IMG/VR virus record: IMGVR_UViG_3300023174_000069
Origin: an uncultured virus (IMG/VR IMGVR_UViG_3300023174_000069)
Taxonomy: Duplodnaviria > Heunggongvirae > Uroviricota > Caudoviricetes
Direction: 5' to 3' (one strand)
Length of the DNA stretch: 64,000 nt
The position numbers and the translations under genes were made by a program. Within the stretch, counting starts at the first letter, position 1, and every line of letters starts with the position of its first letter. The notes beneath the pieces were generated by a model that made no database searches, had not been told where the DNA came from, and saw nothing but the letters and a program-made list of their open reading frames with translations. Positions 63,640 through 64,000 of this stretch are shown here, in pieces.

Positions 63640-64000
63640 ATGAGTTATAACACTTTATATTATTTGGCATCACCCTATACTCATTCTGATCCTGCAATAA
63701 AGAAAGCAAGAGCCGAAGCGGTGACTGAAGCTGCTGTGGATTTACTTCGTCACGGAGTATATGTTTTTGCACCTATTTCTTACAACGAGCCTTGGGAAAA
63801 ATACAACCTTCCTGGTGACTGGCATTTTTGGAGTGAGTTTGACAAAACGTTCGTATCCCGCTGTGATGGAGGAATTATAGTTTTAATGCTTGATGGTTGG
63901 GAAAAAAGTGTCGGAGTAACAGCCGAAATAGAATTTGCAAAATCTGTTGGTTTGCCAGTTTATTATGCAACAGTAGAGCAAGTTAAAAATGGTCAGTTGT
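63640..64000 (+). CDS. DUF1937 / nucleoside 2-deoxyribosyltransferase-like protein, 3'-truncated by window
   Basis: YYLASPYTH, VFAPI, W...D....RCD, GWEKSVGVTAEIEFA; not in ORF track. Confidence 0.75.
   Translation, partial: MSYNTLYYLASPYTHSDPAIKKARAEAVTEAAVDLLRHGVYVFAPISYNEPWEKYNLPGDWHFWSEFDKTFVSRCDGGIIVLMLDGWEKSVGVTAEIEFAKSVGLPVYYATVEQVKNGQL

Noticed and set aside
1..64000. Stop-codon reassignment
   Set aside because: Core genes are full length in the standard code and end in TAA, TAG and TGA; no suppressor tRNA is present.
1..64000. CRISPR array, IS element or integrase
   Set aside because: No regularly spaced direct repeats, transposase or recombinase motifs were seen. The TnsA-like motif at 59997-60440 is head completion protein gp4.

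Overview
This window is part of an AT-rich, densely coding T4-like (Tevenvirinae-related) myovirus genome that uses the standard genetic code. A spanin pair, sigma70-type promoters and IHF-consensus sites point to a Gram-negative host. It carries the replication and recombination core: gp47/46, gp45/44/62, regA, a split gp43 DNA polymerase, uvsX, gp41, gp61, rnh, ligase, gp33, gp59 and gp32. It also carries nucleotide metabolism genes (dUTPase, dCMP deaminase, class II RNR, UNG, DUF5664), lysis genes, three tRNAs, a tmRNA and the start of the tail/baseplate module. The most notable observations are: (1) a cohort of proteins with a T4-type capsid-targeting N-terminus (MKxFxxYLxE-like), including a T3-SAMase-like SAM lyase, a KxDG ligase-like protein, a Pol-beta nucleotidyltransferase, a HAD phosphatase and a probable polyprotein, which suggests an injected enzyme payload; (2) a type I hammerhead ribozyme at the 3' end of an unrecognised pseudoknotted RNA (51617-51838); (3) a phage tmRNA plus a ClpP with a probable Asp-to-Asn catalytic change; (4) an island inside the split polymerase with nuclease-like and DUF262-like genes and tRNAs; (5) a beta-glucosyltransferase-like/SemiSWEET cassette; (6) widespread predicted leaderless transcripts. 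All calls come from reading motifs by eye. No database searches were run.
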